A program made the position numbers and the translations under genes. 36,278 nt of DNA from a virus: the IMG/VR virus record IMGVR_UViG_3300006162_000032, one strand, 5' to 3'. Below are positions 1 to 7,492 of the stretch, piece after piece (the first letter of the stretch is position 1; every line of letters starts with the position of its first letter). The notes under the pieces were generated by a model. The model ran no database searches and was not told the origin of the DNA. It saw only the letters and a program-made list of their open reading frames with translations.

Positions 1-364
1 GCATGAATCAGTATTACTAAGCAATCAGATTCTCAGTGTCAAGGTCAATGGTGAGAAATCTCGCTGAACTTGTCACGAGGGCACTATATCTCGCTGTTCC
101 GGGGTGTTGTCCAGTAAAAAATAACATTTGAAATTGCGGATAAGACTCGGGACCTAGGCTAGACTCGACTCTATATCCCGAATCTCGTAGTCACCTCCCG
201 AATTACGTATCCTACCCAGTAACGCCTGAAATTCGCTGTAAATCTCTCAAAACGCGGGACTTAATCCCCGGGTGCCCGAAAACCTCACTTTCCTAACACT
301 TGACTTCCGGTATATAATACCCACTTTTGGCAGTGACATGTTTGCATAAAGAAAAAAAAGACGA

Positions 365-400
365 TTCACCTATATACTACTGCAAAAAAGTGGTATTATA
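365..400 (+). promoter_or_regulatory. candidate extended -10 promoter (TGgTATTAT at 391-399) for the 438-2720 operon
   Basis: TG-n-TATTAT at 391-399; weak -35; AGGAGG RBS at 421-426 before ATG 438. Confidence 0.3.
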
Positions 401-437
401 GGGCCGGTTTCGGATCGGCTAGGAGGCCGGCCCCAAA

Positions 438-1205
438 ATGTTTCAGACAAACTGGTCGAATTCGTGGGCACACCTCGGACACTCCCCGGACGAGGACCCG
501 ACGAGGCCAATGCGTTACAAACTCAGTGTCACAGGTGCAGAGGGCTATGAAGACAAGGCCCGAGTCCCGAAGCTCGACCCAGATGAGATTATCACCGACC
601 CCCTGGGCAATAAGTTCCGGCGCTCCCAGGTCACTCCCAAACATCTTCTTGCCCTGAATCTCGTGATATGGGTGGTGACCGAAGAAGAAATTAACAACCG
701 GCCCAGGATCATGCGAGGACTGCCGGTGATGGGTCCGTATCTGCCCGGCGAGTTATACGACGCCGACGATCGTCCTCACTACCATGCTTACCTGGACACG
801 TTGCTCTGCGATCGAAAGTCAAACTGGGGCAGTCGATTCCAGTCGATGGGAACGGCCGAATATGAAGATTCTACCTTTGACCCGACGATCTATAAGAAAG
901 GCGACTTTGGTACGTTTGTACCACCCGGTGTGTTATTTCCGTTGCCACCCGGATCGTCGGTACAACGCGCCCAGGTCGGATTCTTCACCATGGCCGGCCG
1001 CCGTAAGTTGTCAGTCCGTTGTGGTCGATGGGACGCGGGTCATTTACTGATCGAACGGAATAAAGAATGGTCCAGCCTGGAAATCGAGACCAAGACCCGA
1101 CGGAAGATCGAGGCTGGGCAACGCGTCAAGGATTACCTGGAACAAATGGCCGAATTACGTGAAATGATCCGGAAAGAAAAGGAGTTGATAAAATCACTAC
1201 GATGA
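438..1205 (+). CDS. hypothetical protein (255 aa)
   Basis: ORF with AGGAGG RBS; first gene of a chain coupled by ATGA/TAATG overlaps. Confidence 0.55.
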   Translation: MFQTNWSNSWAHLGHSPDEDPTRPMRYKLSVTGAEGYEDKARVPKLDPDEIITDPLGNKFRRSQVTPKHLLALNLVIWVVTEEEINNRPRIMRGLPVMGPYLPGELYDADDRPHYHAYLDTLLCDRKSNWGSRFQSMGTAEYEDSTFDPTIYKKGDFGTFVPPGVLFPLPPGSSVQRAQVGFFTMAGRRKLSVRCGRWDAGHLLIERNKEWSSLEIETKTRRKIEAGQRVKDYLEQMAELREMIRKEKELIKSLR

Positions 1206-1402
1206 ACCAGGATATTACTCGACCAATGATCAATGCTTGTATTCGAGAAACTCGCCGTCATATCAAAAGATTGAAGATGAGAAAAAACCGGGGATTGCCA
1301 AATAGGCTGAAAATACTGGAAGAACTGGCCGAGAAAGAAAAGCAATATCTGGAAGAACTGGCCGAGTTTGACAAGTTATTGGCAAAGGGGAAAACTGCAT
1401 GA
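1202..1402 (+). CDS. hypothetical small charged/coiled-coil protein (66 aa)
   Basis: ATGA overlap with upstream stop. Confidence 0.45.
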   Translation: MNQDITRPMINACIRETRRHIKRLKMRKNRGLPNRLKILEELAEKEKQYLEELAEFDKLLAKGKTA

Positions 1403-1626
1403 AAAATTCCGACGTTCCACGCTTTATCCAGAACTTTCGGGTCAAACAGGGTGGCGGGGTGCTCCCCGGCCCCGGTGTCCCGGAGCAAATCGACTTTGCC
1501 CAGTTACAGGGTAAGGCAAAGTTGTCCAGTGGCGCGTATATGAATAATGCCTTTGCCCGTGCCATTCTCAAGGCACTCCATTTCGTCGAGGGTGACGACG
1601 GCGTGTTTCACAAGGCGGTGGAGTAA
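1399..1626 (+). CDS. hypothetical protein (75 aa)
   Basis: ATGA overlap with upstream gene. Confidence 0.45.
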   Translation: MKNSDVPRFIQNFRVKQGGGVLPGPGVPEQIDFAQLQGKAKLSSGAYMNNAFARAILKALHFVEGDDGVFHKAVE

Positions 1627-1739
1627 TGCTTCATAAAGACTGGTTACTTACCGTCGATGGCCAAAGAACGCTTGCCTGGTTATTGATGCTTCAATTCTGG
1701 CAACGAGGTTACCAGAAATATTGGGGGTGGGAACGATGA
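1626..1739 (+). CDS. hypothetical 37-aa protein
   Basis: TAATG overlap upstream and ATGA overlap downstream (translational coupling); below ORF-track length cutoff. Confidence 0.3.
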   Translation: MLHKDWLLTVDGQRTLAWLLMLQFWQRGYQKYWGWER

Positions 1740-2238
1740 GCATCGTGGCATGCCGGAGGGTGGATGGCAGATTTGAAATCGCCGCCGATAGTATATTTGT
1801 ACGGGGATGGACCCAGGGAAAAGACCCATCCGTCAAGTTGTGGTGGATAGGTCAGATGATCGCCGGTTCTTGCGGCGCTATGTCATTAGGTGGTTGTTCC
1901 GCGAGTATATCGAGAATCATCAACCAAAGACTAACAACGAATGGGGTTGGATAAACTTCATGTCGGAGTTCACCAAGTATGTTGTTGGCCTGGATAACCG
2001 GATCAATTACCATGATAACGATTTCATCGTGGTGTGGCAGGGTCGCGCATTTGAAATCGACGGAACACTCACCGTCCACGAGATTACTGATTTCGCGGCC
2101 ATCGGGGCGGGTTCCGACTTCGCACTCGCCGCCCTTCACCTGGGCAAGACGGCCACCGAGGCCTGCGAAGTTGCGTGTAAATTGTCTGTTATGTGCGAGT
2201 TACCGGTGGTCACCATGTTTGATAAGGAAGGCCAATAA
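1736..2238 (+). CDS. HslV/ClpQ-like N-terminal-nucleophile (proteasome-type) peptidase, interrupted by a -1 frameshift near 1885-1905
   Basis: Frame-2 part (MSIVACRRVDGRFEIAAD...VKLWWIGQMIAGSCGAMS) aligns to the HslV N-terminus (TTIVSVRRNGHVVIAGDGQ...[24 protein letters not shown]); frame-1 part (FREYIENHQ...FAAIGAGSDFALAALHL) aligns to HslV FERKLEMHQG...IAIGSGGPYAQAAARAL; ATG 1736 overlaps the upstream stop. Confidence 0.5.
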
Positions 2239-2520
2239 TGGAATATCCCAATAAGATTTATGTTTGGTTTGACCCCGTTTCAAGTCAGTTTGAATTTGCC
2301 GCCCAAGATCAATGGGCGCAATTGGCGAAGGTCGGGCAACCGCGCCGGGGCAACCGCGCCGGGGCAACCGCGCCGGGGCAACCGCGCCGGGGCAACCGCG
2401 CCGGGGCCACGGGAGGTCGACCTCTCGGCCAACGCCACGATGATATTTGGGGAGGATGATTGGGATGATTTGCACCGCGCGGTGGAAGAGGCGCGGATGA
2501 TGTTGGAGAAGAAATCATGA
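2238..2520 (+). CDS. hypothetical protein interrupted by a frame-switching 14-bp tandem repeat (N-terminus in frame 0 from ATG 2238, C-terminus in frame 1 ending 2520)
   Basis: Good RBS (AAGGAAGG) only at ATG 2238; the frame-1 ORF (2260..) has no RBS but ends in an ATGA overlap with the next gene; five 14-bp units (70 bp) separate the two frames. Confidence 0.4.
2337..2406 (+). repeat. perfect tandem repeat (CAACCGCGCCGGGG) x5, unit 14 bp
   Basis: directly visible; unit length not a multiple of 3. Confidence 0.9.
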
Positions 2521-2720
2521 AAGACTTATTCTGGAAATTGCGAAGTTGGTTCCTGGGCCTTTGCGTGATCTGTGGCACGGAACTCGTCTTCGGCGATAAT
2601 ATCTATGAAGACATGGAAGAACATTGGTATTGCCCCAATAAGCAATGTCCAGACTCGGAACTATACGAAGGCCCAGTGGGGTCTAAAGACTCCGGGCCTT
2701 TCGACCCTACCTCAGTGTAG
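2517..2720 (+). CDS. small Zn-ribbon protein (CxxC ... CPNKQC)
   Basis: ATGA overlap with upstream gene; two Cys pairs. Confidence 0.5.
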   Translation: MKDLFWKLRSWFLGLCVICGTELVFGDNIYEDMEEHWYCPNKQCPDSELYEGPVGSKDSGPFDPTSV

Positions 2721-2782
2721 AACCGCCCGATCCGATCCTACCGAAATCCGTAGACTGTCTTCCCATTTTTAGTATCTCAGTG

Positions 2783-2798
2783 TGTCTAAATTTAGACA
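2783..2798. promoter_or_regulatory. 16-bp perfect palindrome TGTCTAAATTTAGACA (operator-like) immediately upstream of promoter
   Basis: perfect inverted repeat, AT-rich surroundings. Confidence 0.45.
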
Positions 2799-2825
2799 GT
2801 TGAAAAATGAGTGAAAAAATATTTT

Positions 2826-2854
2826 TTTTCATCAAGGCATAACTAGGTTATAAT
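2826..2854 (+). promoter_or_regulatory. candidate sigma70-type promoter (-35 TTTTCA, 17-bp spacer, -10 TATAAT at 2849-2854) with A/T-rich upstream tract
   Basis: consensus -10, spacer 17, UP-like A/T run at 2800-2830. Confidence 0.45.
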
Positions 2855-2860
2855 GGATAT

Positions 2861-4080
2861 GTCCAATCTAACGGATTATGGTTAAGGCACCAGGGAAGAC
2901 CAATAGGAGCCCTACCTGGTGACCTTGTGGATCATTGAAATCTAGATTCGGTAGTTCGGAACTGAGTCCGAGTACCCAGCAAAGCGCCTGTCACGGGACG
3001 GTCTGGGAAAAGGGAATAGGGAAAAACTGAGTACCTTCTCAGAATGAACGGCCGATTAAACCTCTACTTGACGGACACCCGTGAGATTCGAGAGAATCTA
3101 AACCCTGGGACCGAGGAAACTCCCGTCATCAGAGATCGTAAGAGAAATCCAGAAGCACGAAGGGCGATTACTGTAATATCTGCCAATCTTCAGAAAAATC
3201 CGAGATTAGAGACACTCGGGCCAACCTCAGACCCTACCGGGGACGGAGAGTCCATTGAAAACTCGTAAGAGTTTGGAACGGTTCCAACGGCGGGCGGGAG
3301 GTAAGAATATGTTGACATCCCAGTTGGCTTTAGAAGATTTAAGGCGTGGGCCAAACCCCACAGTGGAGTTCACAGGTCGTACCTCACGGTCTTCGGGAAG
3401 TCCCGGATGGCGCGATTAGTATTCTGACCGCCGGATAGGACGTACCGATTTTATCTGGTCACGCCGGAATAAGCGAAATGCGATAAAGCCAGGCGTGAAG
3501 TCCACTACGACCGAATCAGGTCCCAAGTCCTGAGCATGTAGGTTATAAAGAGTAGTGGCAAAATCTAGGTTCAAACTCCCGGCAATCGGGAGAATCTATT
3601 GACACAGAGGGCCTTGCGAGTAGGAGTCGCGAGAATCAGGTGTTTCGATAAACCTGGTTCTTAAAGTGGTGATCCCAGTTAGACTGGTTGCTAAACCCCA
3701 CGAAAAGCGAACCGAAAGACGGACGGTTGTCAACGATCTACGACCCAAGTAAGAATGTCAGAGTGCCCATCGCGGACGGTACATTCCCAAACAGTTGAGC
3801 GGCGTTATGCGCCCCGGATCAACTAGAAAGATGAAACCTTTTGGAACAGAATGCCTAAATAACTCCGGTGCACAATTTATATCGGAGTTGGGATGGTTTC
3901 CAAGATTACTGAGACAATTGTATAGTCCATAGATTACCAAGGGACTCTCCTCCCGATGGTAATCGCTGTGTATGACCGTAAGGTCATGCAGAGGGGCGAC
4001 TGTTAGTAGGGACTCTCCTCCTGAATACAGTCGTTAATGCGCCGTGGGGCGGAAAATCCAATCTGAGAATAAAACCTCTC
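2861..4080 (+). ncRNA. candidate large structured non-coding RNA (or very long structured leader); no credible ORF across 1.2 kb
   Basis: no ORF >75 aa and no SD-ATG pairs. Dense local hairpins, many with GNRA loops: AAACTC-GTAA-GAGTTT 3259-3274, ATGACC-GTAA-GGTCAT about 3971-3986, CTCCCG-GCAAT-CGGGAG about 3586-3602, CACCAGG...CCTGGTG 2889-2924. Duplicated GGGACTCTCCTCC (3943, 4009) complementary to GGAGAGTCC at 3247. Confidence 0.3.
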
Positions 4081-4149
4081 AGATTGCCATACCAAGCCAC
4101 GCCAGTCCCAAGCCTGGATAAGAGCACCGGGAACAAGGAGAGGAACACA

Positions 4150-4422
4150 ATGAAAAAACTGGTTAAGGTTAGTCTCGAAGAAATCACGATGAACTTCCTG
4201 AAAGACCCGAACTCCTGGCCACGTTGGCCTTTTCTGCCCCTGGTCCGGCGTAATGGACAGAAGCCTGATTATGCCGTCCTGGCGGAGTCAAAAGAATTTC
4301 CCTTCACTCTTTTCATAGTCAATGTGTTTGACACGGAGGCCCTGAAAAATCTAAGGGACGCGGAACAGTTGGCCTATCGCAGTTTCGAGGACATCGTGAA
4401 AGATGGTTGGGTTGTTGATTAA
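4150..4422 (+). CDS. hypothetical protein (90 aa)
   Basis: AAGGAGAGGAACACA-ATG; stop abuts family-A element. Confidence 0.5.
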   Translation: MKKLVKVSLEEITMNFLKDPNSWPRWPFLPLVRRNGQKPDYAVLAESKEFPFTLFIVNVFDTEALKNLRDAEQLAYRSFEDIVKDGWVVD

Positions 4423-4452
4423 CGAGGGCCACCTCATCTGAGGTGGTAAGTC
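4422..4452 (+). repeat. family-A intergenic stem-loop element (ACGAGGGCC + hairpin + GGTAAGT)
   Basis: conserved flanks; palindromic stem acctcatctgaggtgg; starts at last base of the stop. Confidence 0.8.
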
Positions 4453-4542
4453 CGAGATTACATCGGGCGGGGATGTATGAGTTATCCTGGTCTTTCCCAT
4501 TCGCCGTCAGGGCCAACGTTGCCTAAGTGGGCCGAGATGGTC

Positions 4543-4572
4543 AAAAGGTGAGTACTAGTTAATCACCTTTTC
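4543..4572 (+). terminator. rho-independent terminator-like hairpin (AAAAGGTGA...TCACCTTTT)
   Basis: 9-bp stem with T-run on the 3' arm. Confidence 0.45.
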
Positions 4573-4682
4573 AACCACCCGGTTCGGAACATCAGCCAAC
4601 TAACCGCGCCCAGGCCAACTGGACCCCGGAACTAACCATCCCTCCCCGCGCGGCGTGATTTCGGATTTCAAGGAGAGGAACA

Positions 4683-5090
4683 ATGAAAAAGAATGAGGTA
4701 GAAGTTGGTAAGACGTACGTCGTCAAAGTCAGTAACAAACTGGTTCCCGTCCGATTGGATTCCGTTTCCTCCTACGGAGGTTGGAATGGAACCAATCTTC
4801 GGACCAACCGCGGCGTTCGGATTCGGTCGGCGATGAAGCTGAGGAAAGAGTACGTTCCCAAACCCAAGACACCCCCGGTTGAGGCCACCGTGCCAAGTTA
4901 CGGCGGCTTTAAAGAGGGTGATCGAGTCGAACTGTCCGCGGATGAATATAATCCACGGCAGGTCGGCAAGATCGTCGAGGCGGAACGTGGGGGAATGTTC
5001 ATCGTAGAACTTGATAAAGAGTTCTGGGATGCGGATGACCATGACGGTATCCGTGAGGTTTACTTCACGGATATGAAAAAGATTGCCTGA
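4683..5090 (+). CDS. hypothetical protein (135 aa)
   Basis: AAGGAGAGGAACA-ATG. Confidence 0.6.
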   Translation: MKKNEVEVGKTYVVKVSNKLVPVRLDSVSSYGGWNGTNLRTNRGVRIRSAMKLRKEYVPKPKTPPVEATVPSYGGFKEGDRVELSADEYNPRQVGKIVEAERGGMFIVELDKEFWDADDHDGIREVYFTDMKKIA

Positions 5091-5121
5091 ACGAGGGCCG
5101 CGGATCACTCCGCGGTAAGTA
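5091..5121 (+). repeat. family-A stem-loop element
   Basis: TGA-ACGAGGGCC-gcggatcactccgcgg-TAAGT. Confidence 0.8.
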
Positions 5122-5183
5122 CAGTTAAGGGAGGAAATCCCAACAAGAGATTACATCTCTTGTTGCTGTACCAGGAGAGGAAT
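5118..5183 (+). promoter_or_regulatory. family-B-like structured leader (variant: TACAG/CTGTA P1, GGGAGGAAATCCC, AACAAGAGA...TCTCTTGTT) ending in CCAGGAGAGGAAT-ATG
   Basis: shares the 3' block GCTGTACCAGGAGAGGAA with copy at 15637-15706. Confidence 0.55.
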
Positions 5184-5447
5184 ATGGCAAGAACTTTGCA
5201 AAAAGAACAACGCACCGTCTATGTCACGACCGTACGAGTAGAGGCCCAGACGTTCGAAAAGACCAACAAAGGAACCTGGGAGTACGTCGGGCCGGGCAGT
5301 ACCGATTATGAACGGGAATACACGGCCGTGGCCAGTGAGAGTCATCACGTCGCCGAAAACATCGCCGACAAACTGGTCGACGCATTTCCTGAACTTCACC
5401 AAAAAGACCAGGACACTACTAACTGGTTCAATAACGATATTGGTTGA
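5184..5447 (+). CDS. hypothetical protein (87 aa)
   Basis: start after conserved leader; ORF-track N-terminal extension LLYQERN is the translated leader. Confidence 0.55.
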   Translation: MARTLQKEQRTVYVTTVRVEAQTFEKTNKGTWEYVGPGSTDYEREYTAVASESHHVAENIADKLVDAFPELHQKDQDTTNWFNNDIG

Positions 5448-5475
5448 CGAGGGCCACCCCACGGGGTGGTAAGTA
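5447..5475 (+). repeat. family-A stem-loop element
   Basis: ACGAGGGCC-accccacggggtgg-TAAGT. Confidence 0.8.
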
Positions 5476-5488
5476 TGGAGAGAAAACA

Positions 5489-5779
5489 ATGAAAAAGAAC
5501 CACGAACAAAGCAAAGAATTCACCAAGTTGTTGCTCGATCTGAAAGAACAGGGTTGGTCTATTTATATGAGACCGATTTTGCGAATCGTCGATGATACCT
5601 GGATACTCCGGCGGCGGTCTGATCCGTTGGAATTCCTGTTCGTCGCCGAAGACTTTCAGGTGTGGGAACGGAAGCGGTTCACCCGTGAACCGTTTGGTGA
5701 CTATACCGTGCCCTACCGCGATTTGGGTGGGGGCAAAGACCTGAAATCACTTTACCAGAACCTTACGAGGGCCGCCTGA
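5489..5779 (+). CDS. hypothetical protein (96 aa); last codons (..TRAA-stop) lie inside a family-A element
   Basis: GGAGAGAAAACA-ATG; stop TGA in hairpin loop. Confidence 0.55.
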   Translation: MKKNHEQSKEFTKLLLDLKEQGWSIYMRPILRIVDDTWILRRRSDPLEFLFVAEDFQVWERKRFTREPFGDYTVPYRDLGGGKDLKSLYQNLTRAA

Positions 5780-5793
5780 GAAGGCGGTAAGTA
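5765..5793 (+). repeat. family-A stem-loop element (stop codon of upstream gene in its loop)
   Basis: ACGAGGGCC-gcc-TGA-gaaggc-GGTAAGT. Confidence 0.75.
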
Positions 5794-5886
5794 CCGGGTC
5801 TCACCCAAGACGACAAGATCATGGTTGAGTAGTCCATGACGAGACTCCGAGCGCGTGCGGCCCGGTACTTCAAAAAGAGAGGAACA

Positions 5887-6090
5887 ATGATATATCACAT
5901 AGGACAGGAAAAAGGTGGGCGAATTAAATTCACAACGGATGTTGATTGCCTGTCTCCGCAGATCGTGAAATATACCAAAAAGAACTTCCAAAATCGGGGA
6001 GAGGTTCTATTGTTGGCCGAGGAACTGTGGAAACAGGGTCATGAAACCTGCGTTGATGATGAGGTTGGTTTGGTGGAGTTGGAACACTAA
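5887..6090 (+). CDS. hypothetical protein (67 aa)
   Basis: AAAAGAGAGGAACA-ATG; upstream 90-nt leader forms 10-bp helix AAGTACCGGG/CCCGGTACTT. Confidence 0.45.
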   Translation: MIYHIGQEKGGRIKFTTDVDCLSPQIVKYTKKNFQNRGEVLLLAEELWKQGHETCVDDEVGLVELEH

Positions 6091-6118
6091 CGAGGGCCGC
6101 CCGGTCGGGCGGTAAGTG
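6090..6118 (+). repeat. family-A stem-loop element
   Basis: TAA-CGAGGGCC-gcccggtcgggc-GGTAAGT. Confidence 0.8.
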
Positions 6119-6237
6119 ACGGGTCGGTTCGATTCCACTCGCCCGCGCCTAGTAAGGGTGTGTGTTTGTTGAGTCCCCTTCGAACGGCCAGTTGCAAGGA
6201 TGACGTCGATCCGTCACTTACCAAGGAGAGGAACAAA

Positions 6238-6549
6238 ATGACTTACAAAAGAAAAAAGTTGATTGTACTTCCGGAACGTCTCTTTCGTCAAAAGATCGAG
6301 GCGCAATTGGCAAAGGTTATCAATGCGGTCGAAGTCGCCCATGGTGAGGCGATGAGTCTCAGTATCATTGCCGAGGACCAGACCACGGCCCTGGACAATG
6401 ATCCCGAGGCACTGTCCCCGAAAAACAAACGGGCTTATAACCTGGCCGAGGATGTTTTGGAATGGGCGCAGGCCGTCGAGGAACTGTTGGATGGGGTGGA
6501 TACCGGGGCAATCCGGGCCAAGCTCAAAAAAGCAACGAGGGCCGCCTGA
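6238..6549 (+). CDS. hypothetical protein (103 aa); C-terminus ..ATRAA encoded by a truncated family-A copy
   Basis: AAGGAGAGGAACAAA-ATG; 12-bp helix GGTAAGTGACGG (6111-6122)/CCGTCACTTACC (6213-6224) abuts the SD. Confidence 0.5.
   Translation: MTYKRKKLIVLPERLFRQKIEAQLAKVINAVEVAHGEAMSLSIIAEDQTTALDNDPEALSPKNKRAYNLAEDVLEWAQAVEELLDGVDTGAIRAKLKKATRAA
6535..6549 (+). repeat. truncated family-A element (ACGAGGGCCGCCTGA) inside coding 3' end
   Basis: identical to the 5' half of the copy at 5765. Confidence 0.6.
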
Positions 6550-6557
6550 TGGCCAAA

Positions 6558-6590
6558 ACGAGGGCCGACTCAAAAATGAGTCGGTAAGTA
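6558..6590 (+). repeat. family-A stem-loop element
   Basis: ACGAGGGCC-gactcaaaaatgagtc-GGTAAGT. Confidence 0.8.
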
Positions 6591-6603
6591 CAAGGAGCGT
6601 AAT

Positions 6604-6846
6604 ATGCCAAAACTTTCGAAGGGTCAGATCGCCAACTTCCGAACATTGTCGAACGCCAATCACAACGACCGACTTTGTTTAATCGACTGCCAGGATAAGT
6701 CCACCGGAAAGTCGGTGGCCGTCGTGGCGGCGTTGAACATAGTCGGGAAAGAAATTGAGATTATTCCGTTGGCAAAGTTGTTCGACGGTAATCCCTATGA
6801 TGAGTTACTGCCGCCCAATCCGGACGGTGGTTATCATCAAGATTGA
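6604..6846 (+). CDS. hypothetical protein (80 aa)
   Basis: AAGGAGCGTAAT-ATG. Confidence 0.55.
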   Translation: MPKLSKGQIANFRTLSNANHNDRLCLIDCQDKSTGKSVAVVAALNIVGKEIEIIPLAKLFDGNPYDELLPPNPDGGYHQD

Positions 6847-6876
6847 ACGAGGGCGGTCACCCCGGTGACCGTAAGT
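6847..6876 (+). repeat. family-A stem-loop element
   Basis: ACGAGGGC-ggtcaccccggtgacc-GTAAGT. Confidence 0.8.
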
Positions 6877-6891
6877 ACAAAGGAGAACAAA

Positions 6892-7167
6892 ATGTTTGAA
6901 ACAAATGTCGACGACTTTCACAAAGAACAAGAGGCCGCAAAACGGGCCACCGGGGTCAATTATCGAGATGCTTTGGAATTGGCGATCGCGGCCCTGCAAA
7001 GAGCCGGGGAGGCAAAGTCAGAATCGGCGGTGTTAAATCATATCGACTCGGCCTTACTGGAAGTCGGGGTCGGTGTGCATCTGATGCACACCATACCCCG
7101 GCAGTTGTCTCCGTTTCGGACAAAGTCGGTCATGCAGTTGCTTGGAAGAATGGGAGTTGAAAAATAA
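6892..7167 (+). CDS. hypothetical protein (91 aa)
   Basis: AAAGGAGAACAAA-ATG. Confidence 0.55.
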   Translation: MFETNVDDFHKEQEAAKRATGVNYRDALELAIAALQRAGEAKSESAVLNHIDSALLEVGVGVHLMHTIPRQLSPFRTKSVMQLLGRMGVEK

Positions 7168-7197
7168 ACGAGGGCCGGGTTGAAAACCCGGTAAGTA
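7168..7197 (+). repeat. family-A stem-loop element
   Basis: ACGAGGGCC-gggttgaaaaccc-GGTAAGT. Confidence 0.8.
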
Positions 7198-7209
7198 CAG
7201 GAGAAAAAC

Positions 7210-7446
7210 ATGGAAAATGAATTTTCTGTTTGCCAATTTTTTCCGGATGGCGCCTATGAATATGTGAGACGATTTGTGGGGCCGGAAGAGGCGGTGAAGG
7301 CGTTCCAACACTATACCCATTCGGTGGGCGCCCGCCTGGGCACCACCGTGCGGGTCATTATCACCGACGGCGGCGATATGACAAACATGGAATGGAAGTT
7401 TGGGAAGGGTATCACCTTCCCCGCGGGGCAACACTTTAAACAGTAG
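7210..7446 (+). CDS. hypothetical protein (78 aa)
   Basis: CAGGAGAAAAAC-ATG. Confidence 0.55.
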   Translation: MENEFSVCQFFPDGAYEYVRRFVGPEEAVKAFQHYTHSVGARLGTTVRVIITDGGDMTNMEWKFGKGITFPAGQHFKQ

Positions 7447-7447
7447 T

Positions 7448-7477
7448 ACGAGGGCGGTCACTTCGGTGGCCGTAAGT
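7448..7477 (+). repeat. family-A stem-loop element
   Basis: ACGAGGGC-ggtcacttcggtggcc-GTAAGT. Confidence 0.8.
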
Positions 7478-7492
7478 GCAAAGGAGATAACG

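Noticed and set aside
299-318. TTGACT ... TATAAT as sigma70 promoter
   Set aside because: Spacer is only 7 nt; not a functional -35/-10 pair. The extended -10 at 391-399 is a better but still weak candidate.
2260-2520. Independent 86-aa gene starting at ATG 2260
   Set aside because: No RBS; its N-terminal half is just the +1 reading of the 14-bp repeat. Interpreted as the C-terminal frame of the repeat-switched gene starting at 2238.
3044-3268. 74-aa ORF inside the large non-coding region (and a 36-aa SD-preceded ORF at 3309-3419)
   Set aside because: 3044 ORF has no RBS and low-complexity composition; the 3309 ORF has GGGAGG+7 but encodes a non-hydrophobic, low-complexity peptide. Kept only as a low-probability alternative to the ncRNA interpretation.
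4447-4453. GGTAAGT as eukaryotic 5' splice-donor consensus
   Set aside because: Locus is plainly prokaryotic (Shine-Dalgarno sequences, overlapping ATGA couplings, rho-independent terminators); match to U1 complement is coincidental.
6124-6134. tRNA-like T-loop GGTTCGATTCC
   Set aside because: No acceptor/D/anticodon arms can be drawn around it; it lies inside the leader helix of gene 6238.
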